Virus record (IMG/VR): IMGVR_UViG_3300023174_000068
Location: 1 to 64,000 of that record
Reading direction: 5' to 3' (one strand)
Source of the DNA: a virus
Length of the DNA: 64,000 nucleotides
A model generated the notes under the pieces. The model saw only the letters and a list, made by a program, of their open reading frames with translations. It was not told the DNA's origin and did no database searches. The position numbers and the translations under genes are program-made. Numbering within the stretch: the stretch's first letter is position 1; every line of letters begins with the position of its first letter. Positions 9,797-18,643 of this stretch are shown one piece after another.

Positions 9797-9850
9797 TCTA
9801 TATTAACCAATATTATATTTGTTATTAAACTAAAAAAATGAGGTTTTTTA

Positions 9851-10576
9851 TCACCCGTGGAATCCCCCACTAGCTGTTGATACACCAATTTGTTCACCAA
9901 ATTCTTCAAAACAAATATTCCAGTATTTTTTACCATCATATTCATTGCCTGGTTTAAAGGTTACAATTTTTTTATCACCCAGTTCCATAAGTTTACCCAA
10001 TAACATACTAGGTTCAAATATTCCTTGGTATTTTAGTTCTCTTGCCTTTTTTTGCAAATCTTCTTTTATGAAGTTCCAAGTTTGTTTTAGAGTCTCTAAT
10101 TCTTTACCCTTCATTTCTTCCGGGGTAGAATATTGACCGGTCTTATAATCAAACCAACCATTCTTTTTGATAAAATCAACCTGTAGAATTTGAGAAGGGC
10201 TGTTCACTATAGAGGCTGATTTTGTCCATTCTAATTTTTTATTTAAGCTCTCTTTGTTAATAGGCCAAGACTTAGCCACAGCGTCAAACTCAACATATGG
10301 ATTTTTTCCGATCAATTGAGCTCTCTTATTGTCTTCTCCTAACTCCTTAGCAATACCAATAGGGTCTTGATTTATTTTAATTTTACTTTCTGGGTTTTGC
10401 ATGTTCGCTAAAATTTGTTTTTCAATGTTTACCATTTCAGCGTCGAACTTGTCTTTTAGTGGTTTCAAATCTTCATCAGACTCTCTGCCTAGTAATTTTC
10501 TAACACCTTTAAATAATTCTTCTTCTTCGTTCAGAGAAGAATAGGTAAAGTTTTCGTAGGTTTTGATATACTTCAT
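9851..10576 (-). CDS. Hypothetical protein with capsid-targeting-like tag
   Basis: MKYIKTYENFTYSSLNE start; upstream region is a diverged copy of the 11658/12246 cassette. Confidence 0.8.
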   Translation of the reverse strand: MKYIKTYENFTYSSLNEEEELFKGVRKLLGRESDEDLKPLKDKFDAEMVNIEKQILANMQNPESKIKINQDPIGIAKELGEDNKRAQLIGKNPYVEFDAVAKSWPINKESLNKKLEWTKSASIVNSPSQILQVDFIKKNGWFDYKTGQYSTPEEMKGKELETLKQTWNFIKEDLQKKARELKYQGIFEPSMLLGKLMELGDKKIVTFKPGNEYDGKKYWNICFEEFGEQIGVSTASGGFHG

Positions 10577-10637
10577 AGTTTTTATTTTTTCTTAACTTAT
10601 ATATTCTTTTTTCAAACTTATTTTTTTTCAAAAAATT

Positions 10638-10668
10638 TTTGATAATTAGAAGAAATAATCTATATTTG
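10638..10668 (+). promoter_or_regulatory. Bacteroidota-type primary sigma promoter
   Basis: TTTG-N19-TATATTTG, matching the -33 TTTG / -7 TAnnTTTG consensus. Confidence 0.75.
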
Positions 10669-10697
10669 TATAAATAAACATTTAGAACACAAAAAAT

Positions 10698-10970
10698 ATG
10701 AAAAATCTATCAATATTCTACTTCAAATATTATAAATCTATTCATCACATTGTGTTCGTGTTGATAGTATTTTCTTTTTTGAAACTTTTATCTTTGTTTG
10801 TAGACATTTTCAACTTAGTATTTCAAATTAGTTCAATTGGTCTGTTTTTACAATTGGTTATTTTGGTATCTTGTTATTTCTTGAATGAGAGAGCTCTCGT
10901 TAAAGCGGGATTGACTCCAGAATACATGGCTGAAGAATTGGAAAGAGTGAAAAAAAAAAGAGGTGAATAA
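10698..10970 (+). CDS. Small two-helix membrane protein
   Basis: Two hydrophobic stretches, with its own host-type promoter and terminator. Confidence 0.7.
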   Translation: MKNLSIFYFKYYKSIHHIVFVLIVFSFLKLLSLFVDIFNLVFQISSIGLFLQLVILVSCYFLNERALVKAGLTPEYMAEELERVKKKRGE

Positions 10971-10987
10971 TTTCACCTCTTTTTTTT
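10952..10987. terminator. Bidirectional intrinsic terminator
   Basis: A8-GAGGTGAA-TAAT-TTCACCTC-T8 hairpin between convergent genes. Confidence 0.85.
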
Positions 10988-11002
10988 CAAATTTATAAAA
11001 AA

Positions 11003-11674
11003 TTAAAGACCTCCTTCTTCTCGAAGTTCTCCTTTTGTTTTTCCCTTTGTAGCGATAAGACCCGCGATTCCCAAAGCTAATCCGCCAAATAACATTCCTA
11101 ACATAAGAGGTCCTGCTATAATCGACAGACCTGTTCCAGTTGCAACAACAAGGCCAGTATTTACTGCATAAAGAATAGCACCAAGAAGTGAACTAATAAC
11201 ACCAGTATACTGAGCCCCAATTCCAAACCAATTCATTATTCTTTTTGCAGTTGAAACTTTCTTATCTTCAATCTCTTCTAAAATTAGTGAATATGCTTCG
11301 TAAATTTTTGTGCCAACTTTATGACCCCTAAGAGATTCTGCCTGTGCTTGAACTTTAACTAATTCTTCAGCCGTTTGTGATAAATCCGCTGGTGGCTCAT
11401 CACCTTTAAATGATTGAGTTTTAGCTGATAAATCATCTACATCCTTTGGATTTAGTTTATCAAACATGGGTTGAACATTTTTGTCCCAATATTCTTTTAA
11501 TTTAGGATTTTTCTTAATAATTTCTTCGAACATTTTTGCTCCCTGTTGCATTTTTTTACTTTTCCAGTTTTTCCACATACTTCCTAATTTAGACCATATG
11601 GAGCCTTCTCCCCACAATAAACCTTCATTTGTTGGCTCATAGTTGAAATTTTCGAATGTTTTTACGTATTTCAT
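11003..11674 (-). CDS. Membrane protein with capsid-targeting-like tag
   Basis: MKYVKTFENFNYEPTNE start; Gly-rich hydrophobic hairpin near the C-terminus. Confidence 0.8.
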   Translation of the reverse strand: MKYVKTFENFNYEPTNEGLLWGEGSIWSKLGSMWKNWKSKKMQQGAKMFEEIIKKNPKLKEYWDKNVQPMFDKLNPKDVDDLSAKTQSFKGDEPPADLSQTAEELVKVQAQAESLRGHKVGTKIYEAYSLILEEIEDKKVSTAKRIMNWFGIGAQYTGVISSLLGAILYAVNTGLVVATGTGLSIIAGPLMLGMLFGGLALGIAGLIATKGKTKGELREEGGL

Positions 11675-11725
11675 ATCTTTTTTTATTTTTTATAACTTAT
11701 ATATTTTAGTTAAAAACTGATTTTT
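11658..11725 (-). repeat. 68-bp direct repeat, copy A (promoter, leader and first codons)
   Basis: 67/68 identical to 12246-12313 by manual alignment. Confidence 0.9.
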
Positions 11726-11728
11726 AGA

Positions 11729-12262
11729 TTAGTATCTACCAGCAGTTCCAAAGGTAATGCCACCTTTTGTACCACCTTTGTTTATTAACGCATCCTTGCT
11801 CCATTCCGATTTCACTTTTTTGATAAATTCTTTATCTTTCATTAAATTGTCGTAAATAGACTGAGATAACGAATCTAAATCTTTAGCAGCCTCTGGATTC
11901 TTCTCTACTATTTCTTTCGCTCTCTTTTCAGCTTCTTCCTGAACCACCATCTTAAGACCTTTCTTTGCAGTCAATGCAGCGCTACCAAATCCACAAGCGG
12001 TTATAATTGCCGCTCCAGCTACAAATATAGCAGCTGATAACAATGTGAACGGTTCTTCTTCTTCATTTGTCTTTGTTGGAATCATTTTAATTTCATCTTG
12101 GACATCTAAGACTTCGTCTGTGTCTAGTCCTCTGCTTTTAGCCAAATTTTGAGTAGCTTTTTCTATTTCAGGTGAATTCGGCGTCAAACCAGATGGTGCA
12201 TCAAGTAATTGTTGCGCCTCCATGCCTTTAGAGTGTGATTCAAAAGTTTTTACGTATTTCAT
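11729..12262 (-). CDS. Single-pass membrane protein with capsid-targeting-like tag
   Basis: MKYVKTFESH start; TNEEEE followed by hydrophobic FTLLSAAIFVAGAAIITACGFG. Confidence 0.8.
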   Translation of the reverse strand: MKYVKTFESHSKGMEAQQLLDAPSGLTPNSPEIEKATQNLAKSRGLDTDEVLDVQDEIKMIPTKTNEEEEPFTLLSAAIFVAGAAIITACGFGSAALTAKKGLKMVVQEEAEKRAKEIVEKNPEAAKDLDSLSQSIYDNLMKDKEFIKKVKSEWSKDALINKGGTKGGITFGTAGRY

Positions 12263-12313
12263 ATCTTTTTTTATTTTTTATAACATATATATTTTAGTTA
12301 AAAACTGATTTTT
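12246..12313 (-). repeat. 68-bp direct repeat, copy B
   Basis: 67/68 identical to 11658-11725. Confidence 0.9.
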
Positions 12314-12377
12314 TTGTTTTATTAAAATAATTTAAAAAAATTTAAAATTTAATATATAATAAAAATCGATTTTACCT

Positions 12378-12545
12378 ATGCAATTTGTCCCACAGTATGA
12401 CGAATTTATGATTTATAAAACTCTAAGTGATATACATGGGTCTATAGACTCGTCTGAAAGTCTCAAAACTTTAGAAGTTGAAGACATTTATATGACTTGC
12501 GTAGAACAATTTGAAATAAAAGAATGTATTGATGGCAAAAATTGA
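12378..12545 (+). CDS. Small hypothetical protein (55 aa)
   Basis: Manual translation MQFVPQYDEFMIYK...IDGKN*; AATATATAA upstream; overlaps the next gene start. Confidence 0.55.
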   Translation: MQFVPQYDEFMIYKTLSDIHGSIDSSESLKTLEVEDIYMTCVEQFEIKECIDGKN

Positions 12546-13185
12546 GAAATTCTACGAATTCAATAAAGTTTCAGACACACTCCATGCATTTGACTTTGAT
12601 GACACTTTATTTGAAACACCAAAGTGGGAAGATGTTGCAAAAAAATTTATATTTGAAAACAACGCCGTCAAGGATTTAGTAGATATTGCTCTTTCTGAAA
12701 TTGGCAATAATAAATCAAAGTTAAAAACTCAAGATGGTCGGATATTTTTAGAAGACCCGTTAAATGTGTTCTCTGAAACAAAAAACTGGGTTAGAAAAGG
12801 CGCTAGATTATATTTAGTTCAACCCGATAAATTTACTTACTTAGATGAAAGTCTACCAACAGGACTTAAAAATATATCCAAAATTTATAAAGAAGTAGAA
12901 AATAAATGCATCATTACCGCTAGACCAGAAAGTATGAGAGATAAAATAGAAACGGTTTTAAAAAATTCTGGGTTAGAATATCCAAAATTTGGCCTTTGGA
13001 TGTGTCCGGATGGAAGAGTTAGAGCCGGTGTGTGGAAAGGTGAAAAAATATGTGAGATTAGTAAAAAATTCAAATTCAATGAAGTAATTTTTTATGACGA
13101 TAACTCAAAGTATCTAAGAGACTCAAAAAGAGTTGTTTCTGAAAAAATGCCACAGTTAATATTTAAAACCGTAAAGGTGTTTTAG
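12532..13185 (+). CDS. HAD-superfamily hydrolase (resembles RNA-repair phosphatases)
   Basis: AFDFDDTLF (motif I), IITAR (II), K (III), FYDDN (IV); N-terminus MAKIEKFYEF is tag-like. Confidence 0.8.
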   Translation: MAKIEKFYEFNKVSDTLHAFDFDDTLFETPKWEDVAKKFIFENNAVKDLVDIALSEIGNNKSKLKTQDGRIFLEDPLNVFSETKNWVRKGARLYLVQPDKFTYLDESLPTGLKNISKIYKEVENKCIITARPESMRDKIETVLKNSGLEYPKFGLWMCPDGRVRAGVWKGEKICEISKKFKFNEVIFYDDNSKYLRDSKRVVSEKMPQLIFKTVKVF

Positions 13186-13708
13186 AAAGGCAATCACTAC
13201 ACAATAGGGGTTTATCCGTTTTTTCATTCCATCTAAATTCCGATGAAGAGTTCATAATACACCTATTATTGCAATGTTCTAAGCCAAAACTGTGTAAGAT
13301 TTCATGAACAGTTGTTTCACAAAGTTTCTCACTGTTATGTGCGTAAATTTGATTACCGTAGCATATTCCCCGAATGCCAACTCCGTTGTCCACCAACTCT
13401 GAGTTGGTAACATAAACTGTAATTGGCTCGTCACTGTCATAATAAAAGAATGTGTCATTTCCAAACTCCATTTGAGCTTCGGATGGTAAATAGAGAAAAT
13501 TATTATAATCTGTAAACTTTGGACTATCTATTGTGCAGATAAATCCAAGTTTTTTCAGTTTTTTTTGAAGTGTATCAAGATGTGAACCACCGGTAGAATT
13601 TAGACTAACTAAAACAATATCAGGAATTAGTTTTTTTTCGATTTCATCTTTTATAAAAATGATATAAATAGAGAAAATGACCGCTAAAAGTATAAGTATT
13701 TTTTTCAC
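13163..13708 (-). CDS. Membrane-anchored zinc metalloprotease (archaemetzincin/matrixin-like)
   Basis: HEILHSFGLEHC..RCIMN...LCSDC; N-terminal signal anchor; GTG start. Confidence 0.85.
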   Translation of the reverse strand: MKKILILLAVIFSIYIIFIKDEIEKKLIPDIVLVSLNSTGGSHLDTLQKKLKKLGFICTIDSPKFTDYNNFLYLPSEAQMEFGNDTFFYYDSDEPITVYVTNSELVDNGVGIRGICYGNQIYAHNSEKLCETTVHEILHSFGLEHCNNRCIMNSSSEFRWNEKTDKPLLCSDCLSKTPLRF

Positions 13709-13722
13709 TTAAAAGATTTTAA

Positions 13723-13753
13723 CAAATATAATTAAAAAAAATAACTTATCAAA
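13723..13753 (-). promoter_or_regulatory. Bacteroidota-type primary sigma promoter
   Basis: TTTG-N19-TATATTTG on the minus strand upstream of 13708. Confidence 0.75.
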
Positions 13754-13762
13754 ATATTTTAT

Positions 13763-14401
13763 CTATTCTGGTATAAAAACTTCACCACCCAAGTCACCCC
13801 AAGCTAAACCACCATGTGGTCCAAGTTCTCCACTAAATACGTCACCAAGTGGAGCTGATTGGTCCATATTTTGAAGTTTCAACAGATTTGCAAGAACGGT
13901 TTCTTTTTCACCACCAGTTTTCAGACCAGCTACTAAATTTTGACAACCTTCTTCATAACTACCATTTCCCATTTTTTGAGCAACCACATCAGTGAAATCA
14001 CTCAATTTAGAATCAGGTCCTAAATCTGACCCAAATTGTCTATTCAAAAATTGGGTCTCTCCTTCTCCTGGTTTAAATTCAACCCACCTGCCTTTTACAT
14101 CTGGTTTCGGAACCGGAGGCTCGGTAGTAAAAGCTTTGTAAATTAAAGCCGCCCCGGCAACCGTTAGTGCCAATCCAATACCAAATTGGTTATTTTTTTC
14201 TCTAATAATTATACTTCTTAGATATTTTGCAGCTTCAGTAGGATCTTGAATATAAAGATTTCTCAATTTAGTCAAATCACTCTGAGGAAGTTTATCTAAT
14301 TCATCACCAGCAGATTGACCAGTAACTGTTCTTCTCATCTTTGCTCCAAAAGAAGCCAATCCCTCAGTGGTAAATTCATCAAACTTGATTATTCTGTTCA
14401 T
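13763..14401 (-). CDS. Single-pass membrane protein with capsid-targeting-like tag
   Basis: Likely start MNRIIKFDEFTTE (ATG 14401); TM FGIGLALTVAGAALIY; Pro-rich linker. Confidence 0.75.
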   Translation of the reverse strand: MNRIIKFDEFTTEGLASFGAKMRRTVTGQSAGDELDKLPQSDLTKLRNLYIQDPTEAAKYLRSIIIREKNNQFGIGLALTVAGAALIYKAFTTEPPVPKPDVKGRWVEFKPGEGETQFLNRQFGSDLGPDSKLSDFTDVVAQKMGNGSYEEGCQNLVAGLKTGGEKETVLANLLKLQNMDQSAPLGDVFSGELGPHGGLAWGDLGGEVFIPE

Positions 14402-14402
14402 A

Positions 14403-16043
14403 TTATTTTGTAAATTTTTTAAATGAAAACATTTCACTCACCGAATCTTGACTTTTGTAATACTCCATTATTTTTTTAAGTGAGGTATTGAAGTCTTTCA
14501 TATCGGCTCCAAATTCTCCAAGTGCTGAATACATGTTTTCACCTTCGAATTGTAGAGTTCTTTTTGCCAGTCGAGCCATTTTTTCAGCCACTACCTTTCT
14601 CTTATTTTTATCAGATATGATGTCAATACTTTCTTTATATAAAGGACCAAAATCAGGCAGTGTTTTAGAGTATTTACCATAAAGGTGTTCGTAGATATCA
14701 TTATATAGTGATTTGATAACATCCTTAGAAGGACTATCTAATTTTTTCTGAAGTATATCATCTATAAACTGTTCTGTTACTCCAATTCCTTTATCTTTTT
14801 GGTCAACTATATTATTCATAGATTTTTGGATATTCTTGTAAGCTTGAACAAGATAGTCTTCAGCAGCAGTAATTGTTACCTTTCTTGGTTGTTTTGAAAA
14901 TTCTTTTTCAAAAATTGCAAAACTTTTAATGGACTCCCCAACTACAGACATATTTTTTGCTGTAACTTTATTAGACTTTGATTTAATACCCTGTGATTTA
15001 GATAATTCGTCATTTTCTAATCCAACGCCACCAAAAGAAATAATCATACTTTTAAGAGATTGTAGATTTTTAATCATTTCTGGATAAATAGACTTCAATG
15101 ATTGAGAATCAACTTTTGGTTTTTCGTCAATAACCTCTTCAAAATCATTAGAAATTTCTTCAATGTCATCAGATGATATGTATTCTTCTTTAGATTTATT
15201 GGAAAAATAGTTACCCAGATACGCCAGACAATCCTCAACCGTTGGATAAGGCTTACATATCCAAATAGCCAATATAATTAAGCCGGCCATAAGTAACATA
15301 CCACCAATTGCTGCCATCAAAATTGGACTCATCCCGGCCAACACACCAGCTAATGAAATACCGGCTAATTTTAGGATGCCCATAATGATTAAACCAATGG
15401 TTCCTTTTTTTACAATCTGTGAAACCACTCCGTTAAATCTAGCATTTTTGATTCCTAATGCATAAGCCAGTTTTTCAAACATGCCATAATGGTGTATTTC
15501 ATCATCACCTATGTCGTTAGCAGATTCTGAAATCCTAACATTATTCCCCACTTGTTGAAGTTTATCTTCACTAAATCCTTCTTTAGACCAATCCACTAAA
15601 TTTTTTGCACTCCTACAAAGGTATGCCCAGATATTTTTGAAATTAGGTCGGTTATTTTCATCACAAAGTCCATTTCTTACAATAAAATCGCTAAATCCAC
15701 TTAGGAGGTCTTTTACCTTTTGAAACATGCCAGATCCTATTTCTTTGATTTTTTGAGAAACGGCTGAAATTAACTTTTTAATTGAAAAGTTTTTGAAGAA
15801 ATTAACAACTCCATTAAATACTCTTGAAATAACATCTCCGACACCCCTAATAACTGATTTTACAGCGGCTTTTCCTTTTTGGTATTTGTCCTTTAACCAC
15901 TTACCAATAAGCTCTTCGGTAATTAATCCCTCGATAGGTTTGATTATATCTTCAACAGAAATATTTTCCTCAGATAAGAATCTACTTTCTATTAATTTAG
16001 ACTCATATAATTTAGAGTAGTTGGAATAATTTTTAACTTTCAT
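14403..16043 (-). CDS. Membrane protein with tag motifs and a domain shared with 54386-57097
   Basis: Likely start MKVKNYSNYSKLYE (ATG 16043); two TM helices; PLYKESIDIISDKNK...VAEK domain. Confidence 0.8.
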   Translation of the reverse strand: MKVKNYSNYSKLYESKLIESRFLSEENISVEDIIKPIEGLITEELIGKWLKDKYQKGKAAVKSVIRGVGDVISRVFNGVVNFFKNFSIKKLISAVSQKIKEIGSGMFQKVKDLLSGFSDFIVRNGLCDENNRPNFKNIWAYLCRSAKNLVDWSKEGFSEDKLQQVGNNVRISESANDIGDDEIHHYGMFEKLAYALGIKNARFNGVVSQIVKKGTIGLIIMGILKLAGISLAGVLAGMSPILMAAIGGMLLMAGLIILAIWICKPYPTVEDCLAYLGNYFSNKSKEEYISSDDIEEISNDFEEVIDEKPKVDSQSLKSIYPEMIKNLQSLKSMIISFGGVGLENDELSKSQGIKSKSNKVTAKNMSVVGESIKSFAIFEKEFSKQPRKVTITAAEDYLVQAYKNIQKSMNNIVDQKDKGIGVTEQFIDDILQKKLDSPSKDVIKSLYNDIYEHLYGKYSKTLPDFGPLYKESIDIISDKNKRKVVAEKMARLAKRTLQFEGENMYSALGEFGADMKDFNTSLKKIMEYYKSQDSVSEMFSFKKFTK

Positions 16044-16097
16044 AAAATAAATTGTATTTTTATACAATCTATATATTAACTCCTAATTCTTTTTTTA

Positions 16098-17624
16098 TTA
16101 AATTTCGGATTCTAATTTTTTTATCTGATCCTGAACTTCTTTCAACTCTTCTTTTTTTTGCATCATAATTTTTTTATTCTTTTTTCTATCAGCATAAACA
16201 TCTTCAAGCATTCTTAGAGTTGGGGATTTTCTTTTTTCAAATACAACACCGTTCACACAAAGCACATGTTTTTCACTATCGATAGGTCTACCATTTGTGC
16301 ATTTAGTTTTATCTTTTTCATCTTGGAGACCAACAAAAGTCTCAGGAGCAATAAAAAACTGTCTTTGCGTTGTAGGATAAAGTGATGCAAAGTCATAAGT
16401 AACAACCCACTGGTTCATACCAACAACAGGGTCTTTAACCCACCCACCGGCAATTGTTGATTCAGCATCACCCTTTTCATCACGGAAAAGAACAATATTA
16501 TCCATTTTTCTAAACTTATTTCTTAAAACTCCTTCTGTGATGGCTAAAGAACCAAGTGCGTTGTTCATTTGAGAAACAACATCAACTATTCGAATTTTAG
16601 CCAGCGAAGAAATCGCATAGATTATGGAAATATAATTTCTAGACTCGTGGATTTTTTGAACCAACACCGAGTCAACTGCGTTATAATACATAAACGTCTC
16701 GAAATCATCTTCATATAGTTTTTGAAGCGAACCAGTATATTTAATTTTTTCAACTCCCACTAATTTATGTGACACGAAATCCAATGACGATGATTCTTTA
16801 ACTTTAATTGATGTGTCGCAAATTTCATAAAGTTGCATGTAATCGAATATCATTCTATGCGCAGGAACCTCACATTCGTTACCCCACATTTTAGTAATTC
16901 TTTTAGTAAATGAAGAAACGGCCGGATTTATAGTATATTCTCTACCATTGACCCATTTAGATATTTTTCTGGCCCTATTAACAAGGTAGACCCAGTCATA
17001 ATTTATAAAGTTCCAACCAGTTAGAAGCGGCATTTTTGGAACCATTTTGTAAAAAAAGGCATGCAACATCTCGAACTCATCTTCATATTTTACATACTTG
17101 AATTTATATTCTGTTCCAAACTTTTCAAAATATTTGTTAGTGTTGGTGATAATTCTATTTTGCATATCATCAGGCATATCTTTTAGACCAAGCAAAATAA
17201 TTTTATCTTCATAAACTATGGATATTGACAATACTTGAGTAATAGCCCCCTCTTTAACCACATTTCCCGCTGCGTCTTTAACGTCAGCCGCTTCAGGAAA
17301 TCCATCTATAATCTCAGTTTCAATATCAATAAAATAAATTTTTGGCAAGTTGAATTCAAAAATTTCAGATGTTTCTTCTTCTGGTAGCGAATCTAAAAAT
17401 TCATAGACAGCATATCTATCAGGCTGTGAGACTTCTATCTGCTTTACCGATTTTCCATCCCAGGATCTAAATTGGGGGTGTTTTTGTGGATCAGTATCCT
17501 CGCATGAGACGTACTTCATAGGATTGTCCCAATTGAAATACTTTAACTTAATATCCCCGCTTTTGTCAACAAAACTGACTACTAACTTTTTACTATTTGG
17601 TAAATATTGCGTCTCAACTAGCAC
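16098..17624 (-). CDS. Family B DNA polymerase, N-terminal subunit (exonuclease plus palm motif A only)
   Basis: FIDIET (ExoI), GWNFINYDW (ExoII), YNAVD (ExoIII), GGWV, YDFASLYP; ends after the first fingers helix with no KxxxNSxYG or YGDTDS. Confidence 0.9.
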   Translation of the reverse strand: MLVETQYLPNSKKLVVSFVDKSGDIKLKYFNWDNPMKYVSCEDTDPQKHPQFRSWDGKSVKQIEVSQPDRYAVYEFLDSLPEEETSEIFEFNLPKIYFIDIETEIIDGFPEAADVKDAAGNVVKEGAITQVLSISIVYEDKIILLGLKDMPDDMQNRIITNTNKYFEKFGTEYKFKYVKYEDEFEMLHAFFYKMVPKMPLLTGWNFINYDWVYLVNRARKISKWVNGREYTINPAVSSFTKRITKMWGNECEVPAHRMIFDYMQLYEICDTSIKVKESSSLDFVSHKLVGVEKIKYTGSLQKLYEDDFETFMYYNAVDSVLVQKIHESRNYISIIYAISSLAKIRIVDVVSQMNNALGSLAITEGVLRNKFRKMDNIVLFRDEKGDAESTIAGGWVKDPVVGMNQWVVTYDFASLYPTTQRQFFIAPETFVGLQDEKDKTKCTNGRPIDSEKHVLCVNGVVFEKRKSPTLRMLEDVYADRKKNKKIMMQKKEELKEVQDQIKKLESEI

Positions 17625-17670
17625 GTTTATTAATTTTTTATTTTTTATATAAATAAATTAGACGATTGTT

Positions 17671-17701
17671 ATTGTTTTAATAAAAAAAATGATTATATTT
17701 G
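17671..17701 (+). promoter_or_regulatory. Bacteroidota-type primary sigma promoter
   Basis: ATTG-N19-TATATTTG ending 4 nt before the ATG at 17706. Confidence 0.7.
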
Positions 17702-17705
17702 TGAT

Positions 17706-18137
17706 ATGAAATTTTTAGAAGTCCTCTTAAACAATTCACCAGAAGTGGTTGATATCAAAATCAACAATAAAATTAAAAATTTTGATAGATGGAAATTAGT
17801 ATCTATTTCAAAAGTTGATTCTGTTGAATTTGTCTTCAACGAAAAACAGTCAATTATGATGATTGTAAGCGACTTAGAATACGAAATCTTTGAAAGCCTC
17901 GTCGACACTATTGGTTGTAAAATTTTAAAAGTGGTTGACCACTCACAGGATGTTCTTTTCGATAATGCTATTTGTTTGGATTTTTTTGACCAATCTGGTC
18001 AGTCAGTTAGTCAGAAAATTCAGGATTTAATGACTAATTTCAAATTACAAATGTGCAACTGTGATGTTATTTTAGATAAAATATTAGAGAAAGGAATGGA
18101 TTCACTGACAGAGTTTGACAAGCAATTCTTAAAGTAA
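17706..18137 (+). CDS. Hypothetical protein with C-terminal DUF6576-like motif
   Basis: DVILDKILEKGMDSLTEFDKQFL. Confidence 0.7.
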   Translation: MKFLEVLLNNSPEVVDIKINNKIKNFDRWKLVSISKVDSVEFVFNEKQSIMMIVSDLEYEIFESLVDTIGCKILKVVDHSQDVLFDNAICLDFFDQSGQSVSQKIQDLMTNFKLQMCNCDVILDKILEKGMDSLTEFDKQFLK

Positions 18138-18138
18138 A

Positions 18139-18627
18139 TCAAAAATCACAATCAAAATAATCTAAGACTTGCTGATTTTTTTTATTAACAAAAAGAAGTT
18201 CTGCCCTCTTAACCAACTGATAGTCGTAATGTCTTCCTGTTTTAAATAGAGTTCTTATAAAAGGAATGTCGTTAGAGAAATTAATCTCGTTTTCATCTAC
18301 CATAAGGCAAAGAATTCTTCTATCATCATCAGGGTTATAATTAGTCACTTGACCCAAATGGTCTCTTTCTAAACCACTCTTTCCAAAACAAACAAATTTA
18401 GTGGTCAATGTCTCACCAGAAGGAGTCCATTTAATCTCAACATCGTCTCCAGGTAGGGTATTATTGTTTTCTTGATTGAGGTGTAACCGAATCCAAATAT
18501 AGACCTTTTGTTCATCAACTACTTTGGATGTTGCAATAACTTCGACATCGTCTGAAATATCGTTTGTGTCAATTTTTCTGATAATATCTACCAGTTGTTG
18601 TCTGTAATCTGATTTTACTAAATTCAT
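18139..18627 (-). CDS. Hypothetical protein
   Basis: 162-aa ORF downstream of thyA on the same strand. Confidence 0.75.
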   Translation of the reverse strand: MNLVKSDYRQQLVDIIRKIDTNDISDDVEVIATSKVVDEQKVYIWIRLHLNQENNNTLPGDDVEIKWTPSGETLTTKFVCFGKSGLERDHLGQVTNYNPDDDRRILCLMVDENEINFSNDIPFIRTLFKTGRHYDYQLVKRAELLFVNKKNQQVLDYFDCDF

Positions 18628-18643
18628 AATTTTATTTTTATTT

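Noticed and set aside
9814-9821. Additional TATATTTG (Bacteroidota -7 element)
   Set aside because: No TTG at the expected spacing and no sense gene downstream.
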